Source of the DNA: Lama guanicoe
Lineage: Eukaryota
DNA length: 64,000 nt
Assembly (NCBI GenBank): GCA_013239625.1
Contig: MU053881.1
Location: forward strand, 744,001 to 808,000
Direction of reading: 5' to 3'
The notes under the pieces are model-generated. The model ran no database searches. It was not told the origin of the DNA and saw nothing but the letters and a program-made list of their open reading frames with translations. The position numbers and the translations under genes are program-made. Positions 26,679 to 40,504 of the stretch are shown here, one piece after another; position 1 is the stretch's first letter; each line of letters opens with the position of its first letter.

Positions 26679-27571
26679 TAAGACGCACCCTAATCTGACA
26701 CACGACTAAGAAAGGGAAAACTGCTGCTCGAAACCTGTCATGCTCTTGACTGTATGGCGTCTCGATTTCAGAGATGCTAAAATGTGAAAAACATGCTTCT
26801 TAGAACTACTTTTGTCCAAATTTGAGGCCCATAGCTATAGCAGTATGTGTGGGTAATTTTTAACTTTAAACAAAATATTTTATGAAGTTAAAAAAAGATA
26901 AAACAGATGAGCTAAGCACGCATTTCAGAAGTTGAAAACCCGAAGAAATAAGAAAAAAATGACAAAAATGAGTAGAAAAAATTAATGAAATAAGAAACAA
27001 TAACAAACAATAAAGAATATTAAAAAAAAGGTAGTTCTTTGAAAAGATTTTTAGGACAGACACACCTCTGGCAAGACTGAATAAGAAAAAAAGACAGAAA
27101 ACGCAAATAAGAAAAAGCTGAATGAAAGAGATTTAAAAATTCTGGAAGAGTGTTATGAACAACTATAAGCTAAAACATCTGAAACCTAAACAAACACAGA
27201 CACATTTTGGGGAAAAATATAAAAATATACCATAATTGGCCTGAGAAGAAACAGGAATAGGCTAGTAAGCTTTCAATAAATTGAAATGGTAGCCACAGTG
27301 TCCTGTCCCCAAAGCCCAGCCCAGCTGAATCCTGTAACATGGGTTCTCAAAACTTTTGGAGAATAGATACTTGCTATCTTAACTGAGTTATTGCCGAGAA
27401 AGTGAACAGGAAAGCTTATTCTGTAGTGCCCATTCAGCCTCGATTCTGAAACCAAATAAGGCTAGTAAAAGGAAAGAAAATCCGAGGTCCATCTCACATA
27501 CAAACACATAGATAATATATATAACATAGTGGCTAACTGCATCAAGAGTTATTTGTTTATTTATGCAGGCA

Positions 27572-27667
27572 GGGGGAGGTATTCAGGTTTGTTTATTTAG
27601 TTTTTCCATGGAGGTACCGGGGATTGATGCTAAGCGCGCCCTCTACCACTGGAGATACGCCCTCCCC
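27572..27667 (-). mobile_element. Vic-1-like SINE, internally deleted
   Basis: gggggaggtattcaggttt...ctctaccactggagatacgccctcccc. Confidence 0.7.
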
Positions 27668-28004
27668 GCCAAGAGTATATTAAATATAGCATGGTCAAGG
27701 AGGATTCCAGGACCATAAGTCTATCCATAAAAGTTGCCGCATAAATAAGGGAGAAAAAGAACATGATTATCACAATACAAGCTCATACAGCTCAACAACA
27801 ACAACAAACAAACAACCCAATCGAACAGGAGGCAGAGGACCTAAGTGGACGTCTCTCCAAAGAAGACATGCTGACGGCCAACAGGCACGCGAACGGGCTC
27901 AACACTGCTAACTATCAGAGAAGTGCAAATCAAATCTACAGCGGGGTATCGCCTCACCGGTCAGAACGGCCATCATCAGAGAGCCTACAAATACAAGATG
28001 TCGT

Positions 28005-28075
28005 GGGGGGAGGGCAGAGCTCAGTGGTAGAGGGCATGCTTAGCATGCACGAGGTCCAGGGTTCAACCCCCAGCA
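28005..28075 (+). mobile_element. Vic-1-like SINE inside an old L1 remnant
   Basis: gggggagggcagagctcagtggtagag...ggttcaaccccca. Confidence 0.75.
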
Positions 28076-28729
28076 CAACTGTATCCTCACAATCCAGGCA
28101 CCACTGGACGCGGCTGGAGGGAGCGTGTGTTGGCGCGGCTCTCCTGGAAAGCAATGTGTCTGGGCTTATGCAAACCAAGGACACAAAGGAAGAGTTTGGC
28201 TGGCAGGACACTCGCATCACATCTGCCAGAGACCTGCCCAGGATCCGGAGGGAGAAGTGTGCGCTAGCTGCTGGGGCGTTGCCTGCGCCAGTGCAGGGGA
28301 GGAAAACCGGGTGCCCATCACTGGGGGAACAGGCAAGAAAATGCAGTGGGTGCACACGCTGGGAAACCAAACTGCGCTAAGAAGCCAGCACCAGGCAGCC
28401 TTGCAGATGGATGCAGCGCCAACAGAGAAAGTAAGGAACAGGGTGAGATCACAGCACAACACTACCTCTGTAAATTAAAATGCACGTCCTGAAAATCATG
28501 CAGCATGCTTTTAGAATGACAACATAAATAAAAAGATACGAATAAAAAGGACACCTTAGAATACCAGCCTAGAGGAAAGAGAATGGGAATAGGGGTAGGG
28601 GACATAAGAAATAAGGAAACAAGAGAGGTGTTTTATTATAGTGCCCCAGACGGAGGGATACAATGGCCTCAATCTTCTGCATCTGAAGCCCAGAGGGAAA
28701 AATGGGTATGAAGTGAACACAGGATGCTA

Positions 28730-30170
28730 GAACTCCAGCAGCGCCAGGAAGGACGTGGGGGTGGTGCTGCCACCGGGAATCCAGCGTGTGCAGCGCTGAC
28801 TTGGCAGCCAGGCGTGTGGCGCTGTCAAAGTAGACCTTACAAGCTGGTAAGCGGGTGACCCTTACTGGTTATGGCAAACATTTAGTCAAACCGTCAGTTG
28901 CCCAAGCTCAGAAAATGGAATCGATGCCAGCCGTGCCAGGGCTCCGAAATGCTAGGATGTGCTGTAAGCAAGGGGTTTGCAGGGAGAGGTGGACAGGGAG
29001 AGAGCCCGAAGGCAGGGGCCTCACAGGTTAGAAAAGCCAACTGGTTTCCTAACTGAGTGAGAGAAGAGTGGAGGCCCTGTGGTGTCCTGCAGCGAAGATC
29101 AGAGTCGGCTGCTTTCCTCCCACCACGAGCTACTGTTCCAGGTGACCTGCCACTAACATAAGAGGGACTGATGGAGCAAAGACGGGGTGGGAGCTGCGTT
29201 TAATCAATAGACAAACTGTGGTCACGGACACACAGATCAGGTGGACGCAAGCAGACCAGAGGCTCGCATAGAGGGAAACTGATGTCCAAGAAACCACCAG
29301 TTTGGTCCGAAAAATACCTGACTGTTGGACCCCTAGTGCAGCCTCCAGGCCAGCAGCCTGATACCGGCAGGGAGTTGGCTGCCACAGCTGTGCAGCCACC
29401 AGGCGGGCCTGGTCCCCAGGGCCCACCCTCATGCACTGTAGATGATGGTGGCCTCGGGGCCATGGGGGTCAGCAACATGCTCCTTAGAAGGCAGAGCAGG
29501 GTAGCCAGACATGCTGAGCCATGGAGACCTGGGTGCCCCGGGCAGCCTTCACGGTTCTGGTCCAGAGCCTGCCCCGTGTGTCCCTTGTCTCCTCGTTCCC
29601 AACAGGCATCTCAGCGCTGACCCTGTGCCTGCTCTATCAGCTTATCCTGGGCCGACGGGTTACCGTGACAGACAACTGGTCCTCTAGTTCGGACACAGGC
29701 CTTGTGGGTTTGGGGAGCAGGCTGCCCTTCGGCCGGGGTTGTGGACTTGGGGGCAGCTCGGTGGGGCCGACTGCAGTGGAGACAACTCTGTCTCCCCCCG
29801 CCCACCCCCTTCACCTGGCCTGTGGTCCAGAAGCGACTGTCCCAGGCTGTCCTTGCAGCCGGACCTGGCCGTGCTGACCAGCCCTTTCCTATGTGACTGG
29901 ACGGAACGACGTGTGCACCTGCTGTCTCACTGCCTGAGAGCAAATCCCTGGCTCCAGACTTGTGCTTTCCCCCCGCTTCCACTGGCAAGAATGTGACAGC
30001 TCGAGTGGCCTTGAGAGCTGGGGCTGCCGTTAGTCAGAGTCCCTGAATGACTGCGGGCGGAGAAACTGCTCTCCCGGGAACTGTTATGTAACGCACACAT
30101 ACTTCCATGTGTTTGAGCCGCTCCGTTTCAGGCTCTGCTAAGCTACCACAGTAGTTTAGTTTCCCCTAAC
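28730..30170. mobile_element. Degenerate MaLR (MLT1-like) LTR/internal remnant
   Basis: Weak recalled similarity only (gggtccctgaatgact..., gttt gagccgct..., agtagtttagt). Confidence 0.4.
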
Positions 30171-30449
30171 GTGCATTAACATGTCCGTCTACATGCCGAC
30201 CCAAACCAGAAGAAAACATGAAAAAATTAGACAGTAAAACTCTTTTCTTCCTTTTCTGTTTTTGCTTCAATTTTCATTGTTGCTATTACAATAATACTGA
30301 TTATGCAATAGTTCAAAAAAAGATAGGACAAAATAACACAATTTATCTGTACTGTTTTCACATTATCTTTGACACAGATGTTACTATAAGTAAGAGTGAG
30401 ACCACATCTATGGAAAAGGAAGTGGGACTGTTTTGAACCATATGCATAC

Positions 30450-30462
30450 ATATATATATGTA

Positions 30463-30496
<34 letters not shown>
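30450..30496. repeat. (TA)n/(TG)n microsatellite at SINE tail
   Basis: tatatatatgtatgtatatgtgtgtgtgtg... Confidence 0.9.
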
Positions 30497-30499
<3 letters not shown>

Positions 30500-30504
30500 T
30501 TTTT

Positions 30505-30581
30505 AAGCATGGAGGTACTGGGGGTTGAACCCAGGACCTTGTGCATGCTAAGCATGTGCTCTACCCCTGAGTTATACCCCC
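30505..30581 (-). mobile_element. Vic-1-like SINE
   Basis: ggaggtactgggggttgaacccaggaccttgtgcatgctaagcatgtgctctac. Confidence 0.85.
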
Positions 30582-31312
30582 AGCCCCTCTAAGTGGGATT
30601 GTTTTGGCAATAAAATAGGAAACAGAACTTCAAAAAAAGAAAAGTTTTGAGGACACAGAATGGTATCCCTCTGGGTGGCTTCTGGGAAAGAAAGCATCGC
30701 AGTGGTTAGGTGCTGCCTTTTAGACTCTGGCGCGACTGGCCCTTTCTGGGCCAGCTCCCCCTGACTGCTCTGAAATGCCCAGGGACGGGAGCAGTCAGCC
30801 GGCTGTGTGGCCTGGGGACTCAGCAAGATTAACGTACTGGCAAAGCTTGAAAAGGCAGTACTAACACATACACTTCACCCACTTCTCCACTTCTTGAGGC
30901 AAACACGTGGTCCCCGAAGTAGAGGTAAACAGATGGCAAGGGGACAGTGACGATATGACAGGCAGAGTTCAGGTTTGGACTCAAAAGGCACAGTTCAGTT
31001 TTCAGCTCTATTTATGGGCTGGGCCACCAGGCGCATGTGACTTAGCCCTTCGATTCTGCCTTGTCACTGGCATTTCCCCGTTTAATAAACGTATCTCAGG
31101 GACTGCTGGGAGACTCAAATAAAAGAAATACAGTAACACATAAGATGGCCTAGGACCAGGTCTGCACATGCTAGGCCCTCACTGCTGTGTCTACTCTCTC
31201 CTTGTGTAGGAAGAGTGACCTAAAGCCGGAAAGGCAGCACGGGACACACTCCACCACCGGAGACAAGCAGCCGGAAACCAGGTTGTGATGCGGGTACACA
31301 GCCAATCCCCAC

Positions 31313-31480
31313 CTGAACTCTGTGAAACATCTGTAAGTTGATGGCTTTGACATCTTCCAGCTGCTGGCGCAGGGCCACCAGAGTGTCCTGCTTCTCGTGG
31401 GTGTCCTTTTCCAGTAGCTTCATTGCGATTTCCATTTCGGTTTTCATCCCAATTTGTAACTCCAGTTCTTTTTCTAGTTC
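31313..31480 (-). CDS. RUFY1: RUFY1 exon 11 (168 nt)
   Basis: [56 protein letters not shown]. Confidence 0.96.
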
Positions 31481-32315
31481 CTTAGAAGGATATTAACAAG
31501 GAAAATGTTATTAAAGCAGATCACAGGAATGAACGTAACCACGGCTGGAGCTGGGCCAATCACCAGAACGCGTTAGGAAAATGTAGACTGTCCGGAAGAA
31601 GACCAGTCTAGTCTGGAGCATAACTAGACTAAAGTTTTTCCCTTTTCTCATTTTATAATGAACACTGGCTCTGCATCCAGTCAGCACAAAGCTGGAAGGT
31701 GGCAACGTGAGCCCAGAGTTCCAGCAACCACGCCGCGCTCTTCAGACCTGAGATCACCACGCAGGGTCTGGAAGAACGTGCATCTTTTGTTCGACTGCTA
31801 GAAGCTGGTTTGGTGCTGTGGTGTTAGAATCTCTGCAGTGGTTTGCTGCCTGATGGCGACAAAGGTGCAACCATTTTGAAATGGTTCTGTCCTGGAAAAC
31901 TCAGGACACGTGTTCCTACGGCCTTGCAAAGAAGCAAAGAAATGAAGCAGGAGTAAGAACTGGGTTTAATAAAACACACTGGTCACTGACACACAGTCGA
32001 GGCTGGAGATAAACGGACCCGAGGCTGTGACGTCAGAGAAACCAGAAATCTGGGCTCACGGGGATCCCTGAAGGTTTATAAAATTGGGGAAAATGCAGAA
32101 ATGAGTGGTCAACTTTAGCCGTTTTTTTTTTTTTTTTAAGGAGTAATTTCTGACTCTTTACAGGTATTTTTTTCACATGTTAAAAACTTCATTTGCATAA
32201 AAAACTCATTTGTTTTAAGAGCAGGCTGACGCATGCGTGTGAGAGGCATGGACAGAAGCAACTTGGAGGGCTCCTGGGGAACTCTCTGCGACAATGCTCA
32301 GGCCCGGACACTCAC

Positions 32316-32432
32316 CAGCCGGGCCTTCTTCTCCACCTTCAGCTGCTTCCACACGTCACTGTACATCTCGTCCAGGCCTTGCCGCGTCTGCTTGTAAGTC
32401 TCCAGCTCAACCTTTGTGTCCTGTTTCGTTAT
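32316..32432 (-). CDS. RUFY1: RUFY1 exon 10 (117 nt)
   Basis: [39 protein letters not shown]. Confidence 0.96.
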
Positions 32433-33319
32433 CTGTAATCAGACAACAGCCCAGAAGAATGGTTTGCTTATGGAAGCAAGCTAACTACAAAGTGTCTTAA
32501 AATATACCATGATTTTTAAAAATAGCATAATTTCTATTTTTTTAAGCTTTTAGTTTTTCTCTTTTAATAGAGAAAGGTTAACATTTTAAAGACATTCTGA
32601 AATATCTTTGAACTTGAAGGATGGGAGCAAGCCAATAGATTTTTGAAAAGAAAAAGTAGGTTCAGAAAACAATTTATAGTTAATTTTCTTTCAAATAGAA
32701 CAGTGATTCTGAGTGGGAAAGGCCCCCATTCAGTCCACCATTTAGTACTTATCTAGCATTTTTATTTTTCAGGGGGGAATTGAGTTTATTTATTTTAGTG
32801 AAAGTACTGGGAATTGAACCCAGGACTTCGTGCATGCTAAGCGCGTATCTCCCTGTCCAGCGTGGTTTTAGCAGTGGGTGAATTTCGAGATGAAGCAGAT
32901 ATATATGGTCCTGACCCTCGAGTCATCTTATGGGACAGCCACAAGCCAGCAGCTCCACAAAACAGCAAATGGATCCTATGCTGGAGGGAGGTGCAACGAG
33001 CTATGGGGACACGGGAGGAGGAGGGCCCCGGCACACCGATGGGCGCCAGGTGCAGCATCCCAGGGAGGGGCTGAAGAGGGAACAGAAACTTTCACTCGCA
33101 AAGGCCCAGAGGCTAGGGTGCAGTGTGCCTGGGAAACCCTCAGTGGTCCCAGTGGCCTGAGAGTGATGTGGGAGGGCATGGCCAGGAGGGACTTCCTGGC
33201 ATCGAATGAAGCATGTGTGCACGTTGTGAGGTCTGGGGGGTTGTTCATCTGTGTTTAGCTGCGCGGCAGACACGTCCGGGTAAGGAGCAAGCCGCCTGGC
33301 CGCCAGGCCAGCTTCTCAC

Positions 33320-33421
33320 CTCCACCCTCTTCTCACTTCTCTCACGGATTAATTCATTCTGTTCTCTTAATTGCTGCTGTTCTTCTTGAAGTGAACAAAT
33401 CCGGTCTGTGGCAGCCGAAAG
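33320..33421 (-). CDS. RUFY1: RUFY1 exon 9 (102 nt)
   Basis: [34 protein letters not shown]. Confidence 0.96.
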
Positions 33422-35824
33422 CTGATGAAGAAAGATTTTTATATTTCTTAACATCACAACAACTCTGACTGTTCAACTTAAAACTAACATTTGGCATCTT
33501 AGCAATTGACTGTGTTATTTTCACATATGTGATATTTTACGTCTCTGTTTTGAATAGGTGACACACTCACATGGTTCAAAATCCCAAAGATACAAAAATG
33601 TGTACTGTAAAATCTTCCTCCCACCCCTGCCCCAGCCATCTGTGCCCTCCCCAGATTTTCTTCTTTTACAAAAATGATAGCAAACTATATGTGGGCAAAG
33701 AATAATGGACACAAAATATAAAGAAACAGCCTGAATGGCCAATATTAGAAATGGTTTAATAAATCACAGTGGAAACATAAAACAGAAATATGTCATTATT
33801 AAAATGTTTATGAAAGCTTTTAATGACTTGAGAACACACTTCTGATATAATACCAAAAGAGAAATAGAGCAGGTTACAGAGTATGCGCTCACCTCTAATT
33901 AAAAAAAAAACAAAAAAACAAACCAAAACCCAACCATGTTAAATATGCTTAAGAAGAGATGGGGACCGTTTATACCAAATGATAAAAACAGCTGTCACTT
34001 AGCCAAGGGATTATGGGTTTTTTTTTTTTTTCCTGATTCTTCATTCTTTTCCGTTCTTCCAGCCAATGGGCAAAAGGTATCTTACCACTGGAGAGAGAAT
34101 TAAAGAGTCGGGGAGAGGACTTGCTGCCAAACCATTAAGGACATGCCCAAGCACGCCACCTCCTGTGCCCTGAATGAGTTAACGGCGTTTGGGGGAAAGT
34201 GTGTAGGAGCAGGTGGACCTGCTCAGAGGCTAGCAGGGGAGGCGAGGTGGACGAGGAGTAAATACACTAACCAACCTGTCCTCACCCAGCCTCTGAACCG
34301 GCCTGGAGATAGAAGGTGAGGCTAGAGAAGGACAAAGAAGCAAGACGTGCCCTCGGTACTAGGCCGTGCTCTTAGCTTCATTCATGAACAGGGGGCCTGA
34401 GGCACTGAACGCTTCACCTCCTCAACAGCGTCTACATCCGCTCAGACTCTGAACCCAGGACCGGGGCCTCTAAACACGACTGGCTGTGCCCACATAAGAA
34501 TCTTTAGGCCTTAAAAGAGGGGGCTGGTCGCTACAGCGGAAAGAAGCAGGCGAAACCCACAAGCTACCTCCCGGCCCACTCCCTGGGGACGCAGAGCGCC
34601 CCCCTGGAGAGACAGGTGTCATTTTTCTCTAAAGTACATCTCCTGTTACGGTCATTTGCCATAACCCAATTGTTTAGTCTCAGAAGCTAAATTAGATCTT
34701 CATTCAAAGCATGCTGCCTGGTCTGGGAGAACAAAGCGTGAACCTGCTTGTCCTAAAACCAGCTAAGGTCTGCCGAGCGCCGCCACACGCCAAGTACCGG
34801 GGAGGGCGATCACACGCTATTAACCTAAATTTAGCTTGATGACACTACTGTGAGGTACGGATTATCCTCCGATTTGGAGGTGAGGAGAGTGGGGCTCCGA
34901 GACCCACCTCCCTGAACTGAGGCCCGAAGGCCCACCCACCCCAAGTGCACTCGAGCCCTTCAGTTCTAAGTGCAGTGACGTCTCTCCCGTGATGCTGCCT
35001 TTGAACCTCCTGCTCCCCTCACAAGCCTGAGCGCTCCTCTCCTCAGAGCTGTTCCGAGCTGGCCCCTCGGGAGAGAGAGCCTTAAACTGGGGTCCTCTGT
35101 TACAAAGGCCTCTCCTCTCGGCGGGAACCTGCCTCCACACCGCGGGGGTCCCTCTCCGGCCCCCCTCACAGCCCACTTCCTCCCCAGGGAGGCTTGGGGA
35201 GGCCCGAGCAGCCGGGGCCCGCTACCTGTGCAAAGCCTCAGAAAGGCTGGGCAACCCGCCTCCTGCTAGCAGGAGACAAGATGTGTCCGCCAGGGAGACT
35301 GCCGGGCAGCGGGCAGCAAGCCTTCTTCCTCGGCCTCAGCCCTCCTTCTTCCTGTCCTTTCATTCTCTCTCTTCCTAGTGAGAAAGCAGAGAAAGACCAC
35401 GCTGTGGGGGGACCGGTTCCACGCTCCTGAGAGGCTGAGACACGGAAGGGGTGGGCGCGGGTCCCTTCACCTCGGAACAGAGCCTGGGCCTCGTGGGCAG
35501 CAGGGAGGCGCACTAAGTCACAGGGGAGGTGGCGGAGGAGGGAGAGAGCAGCGCGTTCACAGCACGAGCGGGGCTTTTCCGGCTGGGACGACCGTGAGGT
35601 CATGAAACCTGCGTCACTTGGACTGGCTCATGGGCGCCCTGCACAGGGCAGAACACGGACACTCTGAGGACGCGAAATTCTGAGACTGTCTGGCCCGCGT
35701 GCAGCTCGGCCCGCAGCTGGCAACTCCCCATCCCACCGGCGCGCAGCTCTGGTCAGACACACCGACCGTGCCATTTCTCTCAGCCTTGGCCATTCTGTCT
35801 TAAGAATGTCAGTAAGTTACAAAC

Positions 35825-35894
35825 CTCTTCTTGAAGCTTTGAATTGGTCTTTTCCAAGCCATCGATCTTGGTTTGAAGATCTCCAACTGTGCAG
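35825..35894 (-). CDS. RUFY1: RUFY1 exon 8 (70 nt)
   Basis: (S)[23 protein letters not shown]. Confidence 0.95.
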
Positions 35895-36486
35895 CTGTAA
35901 AAAGAAAATAAAATATTAAGTAAATGTGAACTTATAAATACCGACTGTTTTCCCAACCCGCAAACGAGAACAGATTCCTAGGTTTCCTGAATGAAACAGA
36001 GTCATATGGTTGCCAATTAACTCACAGATGAGAATTCTAAATACATGCGTACGAGGTGTATGTGGGTATGTATGTATGTATTTAGAACTTTTCAGTGTAT
36101 TCCCCCCACCACCCCAAATATGCTACCCATTTCTTTTTCAGCCAACTGGAAAGAAAACATTTTTTTTCCCAACACGATAGATGGGAACCAAAATGTGTTG
36201 GCAGTCATGTATCTAATGTAACATTCATAACCAGATACTGGGACTTTTGGGTAGTAGGATCAAAGGTGTTTTTTAATCTTTTTTTATACTTTGTGCCACT
36301 TTTCACATATTCTTTAAGTCATATGTACTGCTTTCATACTGAAAAATACACAGAAAGCTAAGGTAGACTTGATTAAAAAAAACAATAATAACCACAAAAA
36401 TAATAGGAGTCATTTTCTTTTTGGACAATGTGCCAGGCCCTGTTTGTTCTAAGCATTTTTATTTATCTGTTAAAAATATTTTTTGT

Positions 36487-36595
36487 GGGGGGAGGTAATT
36501 AGGGTTATTAATTATTTCTAATGGAGGTACTGGGGTTGAACCCAGGACCTCATGCATACTAAGCAAATGCTCTAACACTGAGCTCTACGCTCCCA
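36487..36595 (-). mobile_element. Vic-1-like SINE
   Basis: ggggggaggtaattagggtt...gaacccaggacctcatgcatactaagc. Confidence 0.8.
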
Positions 36596-37658
36596 CCTTG
36601 TTCTAAGCACTTTCAATGTAACAACTCATGTAATTCTCCCACAACCCTGTGAGAGAAATCTTATTGCTACTCTGTGTTAGACAAGGAAACCACCCTCCTG
36701 CCCCAAACGGGTGCTTCTTGCTGGTGAAAGGGGGCTACAAAGAAACAAATCTGGCAAGGCTCATGAGCTGAGGTTCAAGAATTAGGAGGGACAAAAAGAA
36801 AAACACAAAATGACGCAAAGTGGAAAAGAGAACAAAACAAAAGATATGGAGGGAATTAAAAGTTTTAGGAGTATGCCATTTTCAGTTCTGTACTCACTAT
36901 ATAACTTAGAAAACATTGATAAAATTTATATTTTTCTTAGGAAACATGAATTACCAAAAAAGACCACATATCCCCAAAAGGAGAGAAGCTAGATGATATA
37001 ACAACTAAGGAAAAACTGAAAAGTTGGCGAAGTATTGCCTGCATGCAGACTTGGAGCTTCAGATTTTCAAGGAGCAAATAATGGTCATGAACTTGAAGGT
37101 GTTCCCAGGCACAGGAACAAGGCAAAGCTTCCTAATGCATTTTGTGAAGCTGCACAGCCCTGACACCACGTCAGGGGGAAAAGCTACAGGACTATGAGGT
37201 CAGGGTACATGTTAAATTATTATTACTATTTTTAAAATGAAAATATAGTCAGTTATGATGTGTCAATTTCTGGCATTAATGTTTCAGGCATACATGTACA
37301 TATTCCTTTTCATATTCTATTTCATTTTCATTATAGGTTACTATGAGATACTGAATATAGTTCCTATAGTTCCTAGTTTTGTGCTATACAGAAGAGATTT
37401 GTTTCTTATCTATTCTATATATAGTAGTACATATGTTAAATTATTAAAGTGATGTTTGATCAAGTTGAGTTTACCCCTGTGATATGGGAATGGTTCAGTA
37501 TGAAGAAGTTCATTAATAAAACATACCACTTCACTAGATTAAGAGATAAAAGTCATGATTAACTTCATGAATGCTAAGGCACTGGACAAAATTCAACATC
37601 TATTCCTTATCAAAACTCTCAATAAACTAGGAATGGATCAAGAATCTCTTTCTTAGTA

Positions 37659-37745
37659 GGGTGGGTAATAGCTCAATGGCAGAGTGTGTGCTTACCAGGC
37701 ACGAGGTCCTTGGTTCAAGCCCCAGTACCTCCATTTAAAAAAAAA
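37659..37745 (+). mobile_element. Vic-1-like SINE
   Basis: tagctcaatggcagag...ggttcaagccccagtacctcc plus A tail. Confidence 0.75.
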
Positions 37746-38094
37746 AACAAAAACACTGGAGGGATGTGTGCTGATTCCAATCCAGCAGCAACAGCGCCTC
37801 CCATGCAGTGATTTCCAACCAGGGGGCTGTGGGCTGCAGGGTGGCAGGTCGGGATTCATTTGTTACTCTCTAAATCGCATAACTGCACAACATGAAGGAC
37901 CAAAGAGTTCTCCAAAACTCTTCATCAAGAAATCATAGTGCTCCAGTCCGTACACATGAGCATTGAATGATAACCTTTTCTCTTGGCTTGGAAAGAAGTT
38001 AGTTATAAATATACGGCAGCTCAAAAAAGTTCCACTAGGCAATTACCGAGTACTGAGAATGGACCACAACAGTGGAAAAAGGAGACAGTCCTAC

Positions 38095-38160
38095 CTTAAG
38101 TGCCGGTTCAGTTCTTCTACATAGTTTTTTTGATCAAGGACATCAGTGATTCTTTCATGC
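38095..38160 (-). CDS. RUFY1: RUFY1 exon 7 (66 nt)
   Basis: (E)[21 protein letters not shown]. Confidence 0.95.
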
Positions 38161-38444
38161 CTTTTAAAAAGAGCGTAAAAAGAGAGAAATTACTTTTACT
38201 CAGCGTTGATGCTTTGTAATTGTCCCCCAACCTTCTGATCACCTCCTAGGAGAACTGTCATCAGGAAACCAAGAGACAGTCAGAGCTTAGTAGTGTCTGC
38301 ATGGTCCCAAGTGAACCAGCAAGGTTGGCTGGGGAGACACGGAACCGCACTGGAAACACACGGCCCAGAAAACACGCTGCCCAGAGAGCAGCCTTCCTGC
38401 AGGTGCTCCCCTCCGCCCACAGAAGCAGCATTCTTCGTCAACAG

Positions 38445-40380
38445 TTCCATGAAAAGATGCTCAACACCACTAAGCATCAGGGACACAGAAATCAAACCCA
38501 CAATGTGATAATCACCTCACACCTGTCGGACTGGCTAGCATCAAGAAGACCAGAAATAGTAAGTGTTGGCCAGGATGTGGACAAAAGGGGACCCTGTGCG
38601 CTGTTGGCCAGAATGTAAATTGGCGTGGCCACTTAAAAAACAACACGGAGGTTCTTCAAAAATTAAAAGTAGAACTACCAAATGATCCAGTAATTCCACT
38701 CCTGGGCATTTATCCAAATGATATGAAAAGTAAAGGGCTGCAGATGGAAAATACCCTTTTTCATGGGTGAGTTGTATTCCACTGCATACATATGATTCAT
38801 CTTCTTTATCCATCCAACCTACTGGTGTGCACTTAGGATACATCCAAGTCTTGGCAATTATAAATGGTGCTGCTGTTAATAGCACGGTGTATGTATTGTT
38901 TTGAATTAATGCTTTTGTTTTTCTTGGATATATGCCCAGGAGTGGAACTGCTGGGCCATATGGTGGTTCAATTTTTAGGTTTTTGAGAAACCTCCATATT
39001 GTTTTCCATAGTGGCTGCACCAATTTGCACTCCCACCAACAGTGTACAAGGGGTCCCTTTTCCCCACACCCTTGCCAACATTTGCTATTTGTGTTCTTTG
39101 TGATGATGGCCATTCTGATGGATGTGAGATGGTGTCTCATTGTGATTTTGATCTGCATTTCCCTGATATTAGTGATGCTGAGCAACTTCTCATGTTCCTG
39201 TTGGCCATCTGCATTTCCTTTTCTAGAAAAATGTCTGTTCATTTCTTCTGCCCATATTTTAAATGGGCTATTTGTTTGTTTGCTTTTTAATTGAAGTACA
39301 GTTGATTTAAAGTGTTGTATTAGTTTCTGGTGCCCAGCATGGAGGGTCTTAGAGGGCATTATGCTAAGTGAAATAAGTCATACAAAGAAAGACAAATACT
39401 GTAAGATATTACTTACATGCAGGATCTAAAAAATACAGCAAACTAGTGCATATAACAGAAAAGAAACAGACTCACAGATGTAGAGAAGGAACTAATGGTG
39501 ACGAGTGGGGAGAGAGGCGGGGGAGGGGCAAGATGGAGGTGGAGGATTAAGAGGGACAAACTATCAGGTATAAAGTAAGCCCCAAGGATGTGCTGTACCA
39601 CATGGGGAACACAGCCAATGTTTTATAGCTATAAATGGAATGTAACTCTTAAAAATTGTGAGTCACTATCTTGTATACCTATAACATAATACTGTACATC
39701 AACTATACTTCAATTTAAAAAATATGACATTGTAAAATGAATACATAAAAAAACCCCAAAGAAAATGAAAGGTAACTTGAAAACGTATCTGCACCCCCAT
39801 GTTCATGGCAACATTATTTATAATAGACAAGATATGGAAACAACCTAAGTGGCCATCAATGGATGAATGAATAAAGCAAATGTGGTGCATTCACATTCAC
39901 ATTCACACAAAAAAGAAGGAAATCCTGACACTTCTGACAACATGAGTGGACTTTGGGGGCAGCATGTTAAGTGACAGAGAAAGACAAATATCTTATGATC
40001 TCACTTATACGTGGACTCTGAAACAAAGAAAGAAACAAACATAAAGCCTCACAGATACAGAGATTGGTGGCTGCTAGAGGCAGGGGTGGGAAAGTGGGTG
40101 AACGCAGTCAAATGGCACAAACTTCCAGTTATAAGACACGTAAGCCCCGGGGATGTATGTGAAGCATGGTGACTACAGTTCACAACACTGTATTTGAAAG
40201 CTGCTAAGACAGTAGATCCTAAAAGTTCTTGTCACAAGAAAAACAATTGTTTGTAACTATGCATGGTGACGGATGTTAGCTGGACTTCTTGTGGTAATCA
40301 TTTTGTAATATACACAAATACTGGATCATTATGTTATGCACCTGAAACTAATACAATGCCAATTATACCTCAATAAAAAA
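38445..40380 (+). mobile_element. Old L1 3' end interrupted by a younger composite inverted-L1 element (38733-39760)
   Basis: L1 text breaks at ...atccaaatgatatgaaagtaa and resumes at ~39775 cttgaaaacgtatctgcaccccc. Confidence 0.85.
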
Positions 40381-40442
40381 GTACCATTCTTTGCTGGAAT
40401 TTCATTAAAAACATGCAGGACAGCTTAAAATGCAGTACTTAC

Positions 40443-40504
40443 TCTTTGCCACCATCAAGATCCTGCACATCCTTCAGATAGAGAGAAAAATCGATCACTC
40501 CAAC
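40443..40504 (-). CDS. RUFY1: RUFY1 exon 6 (62 nt)
   Basis: VGVIDFSLYLKDVQDLDGGK. Confidence 0.95.

Noticed and set aside
27763..28380. 205-aa ORF on +
   Set aside because: Runs through L1 and SINE remnants.
38541..39359. 272-aa ORF on -
   Set aside because: Chimeric L1 ORF2 remnant across repeat junctions.
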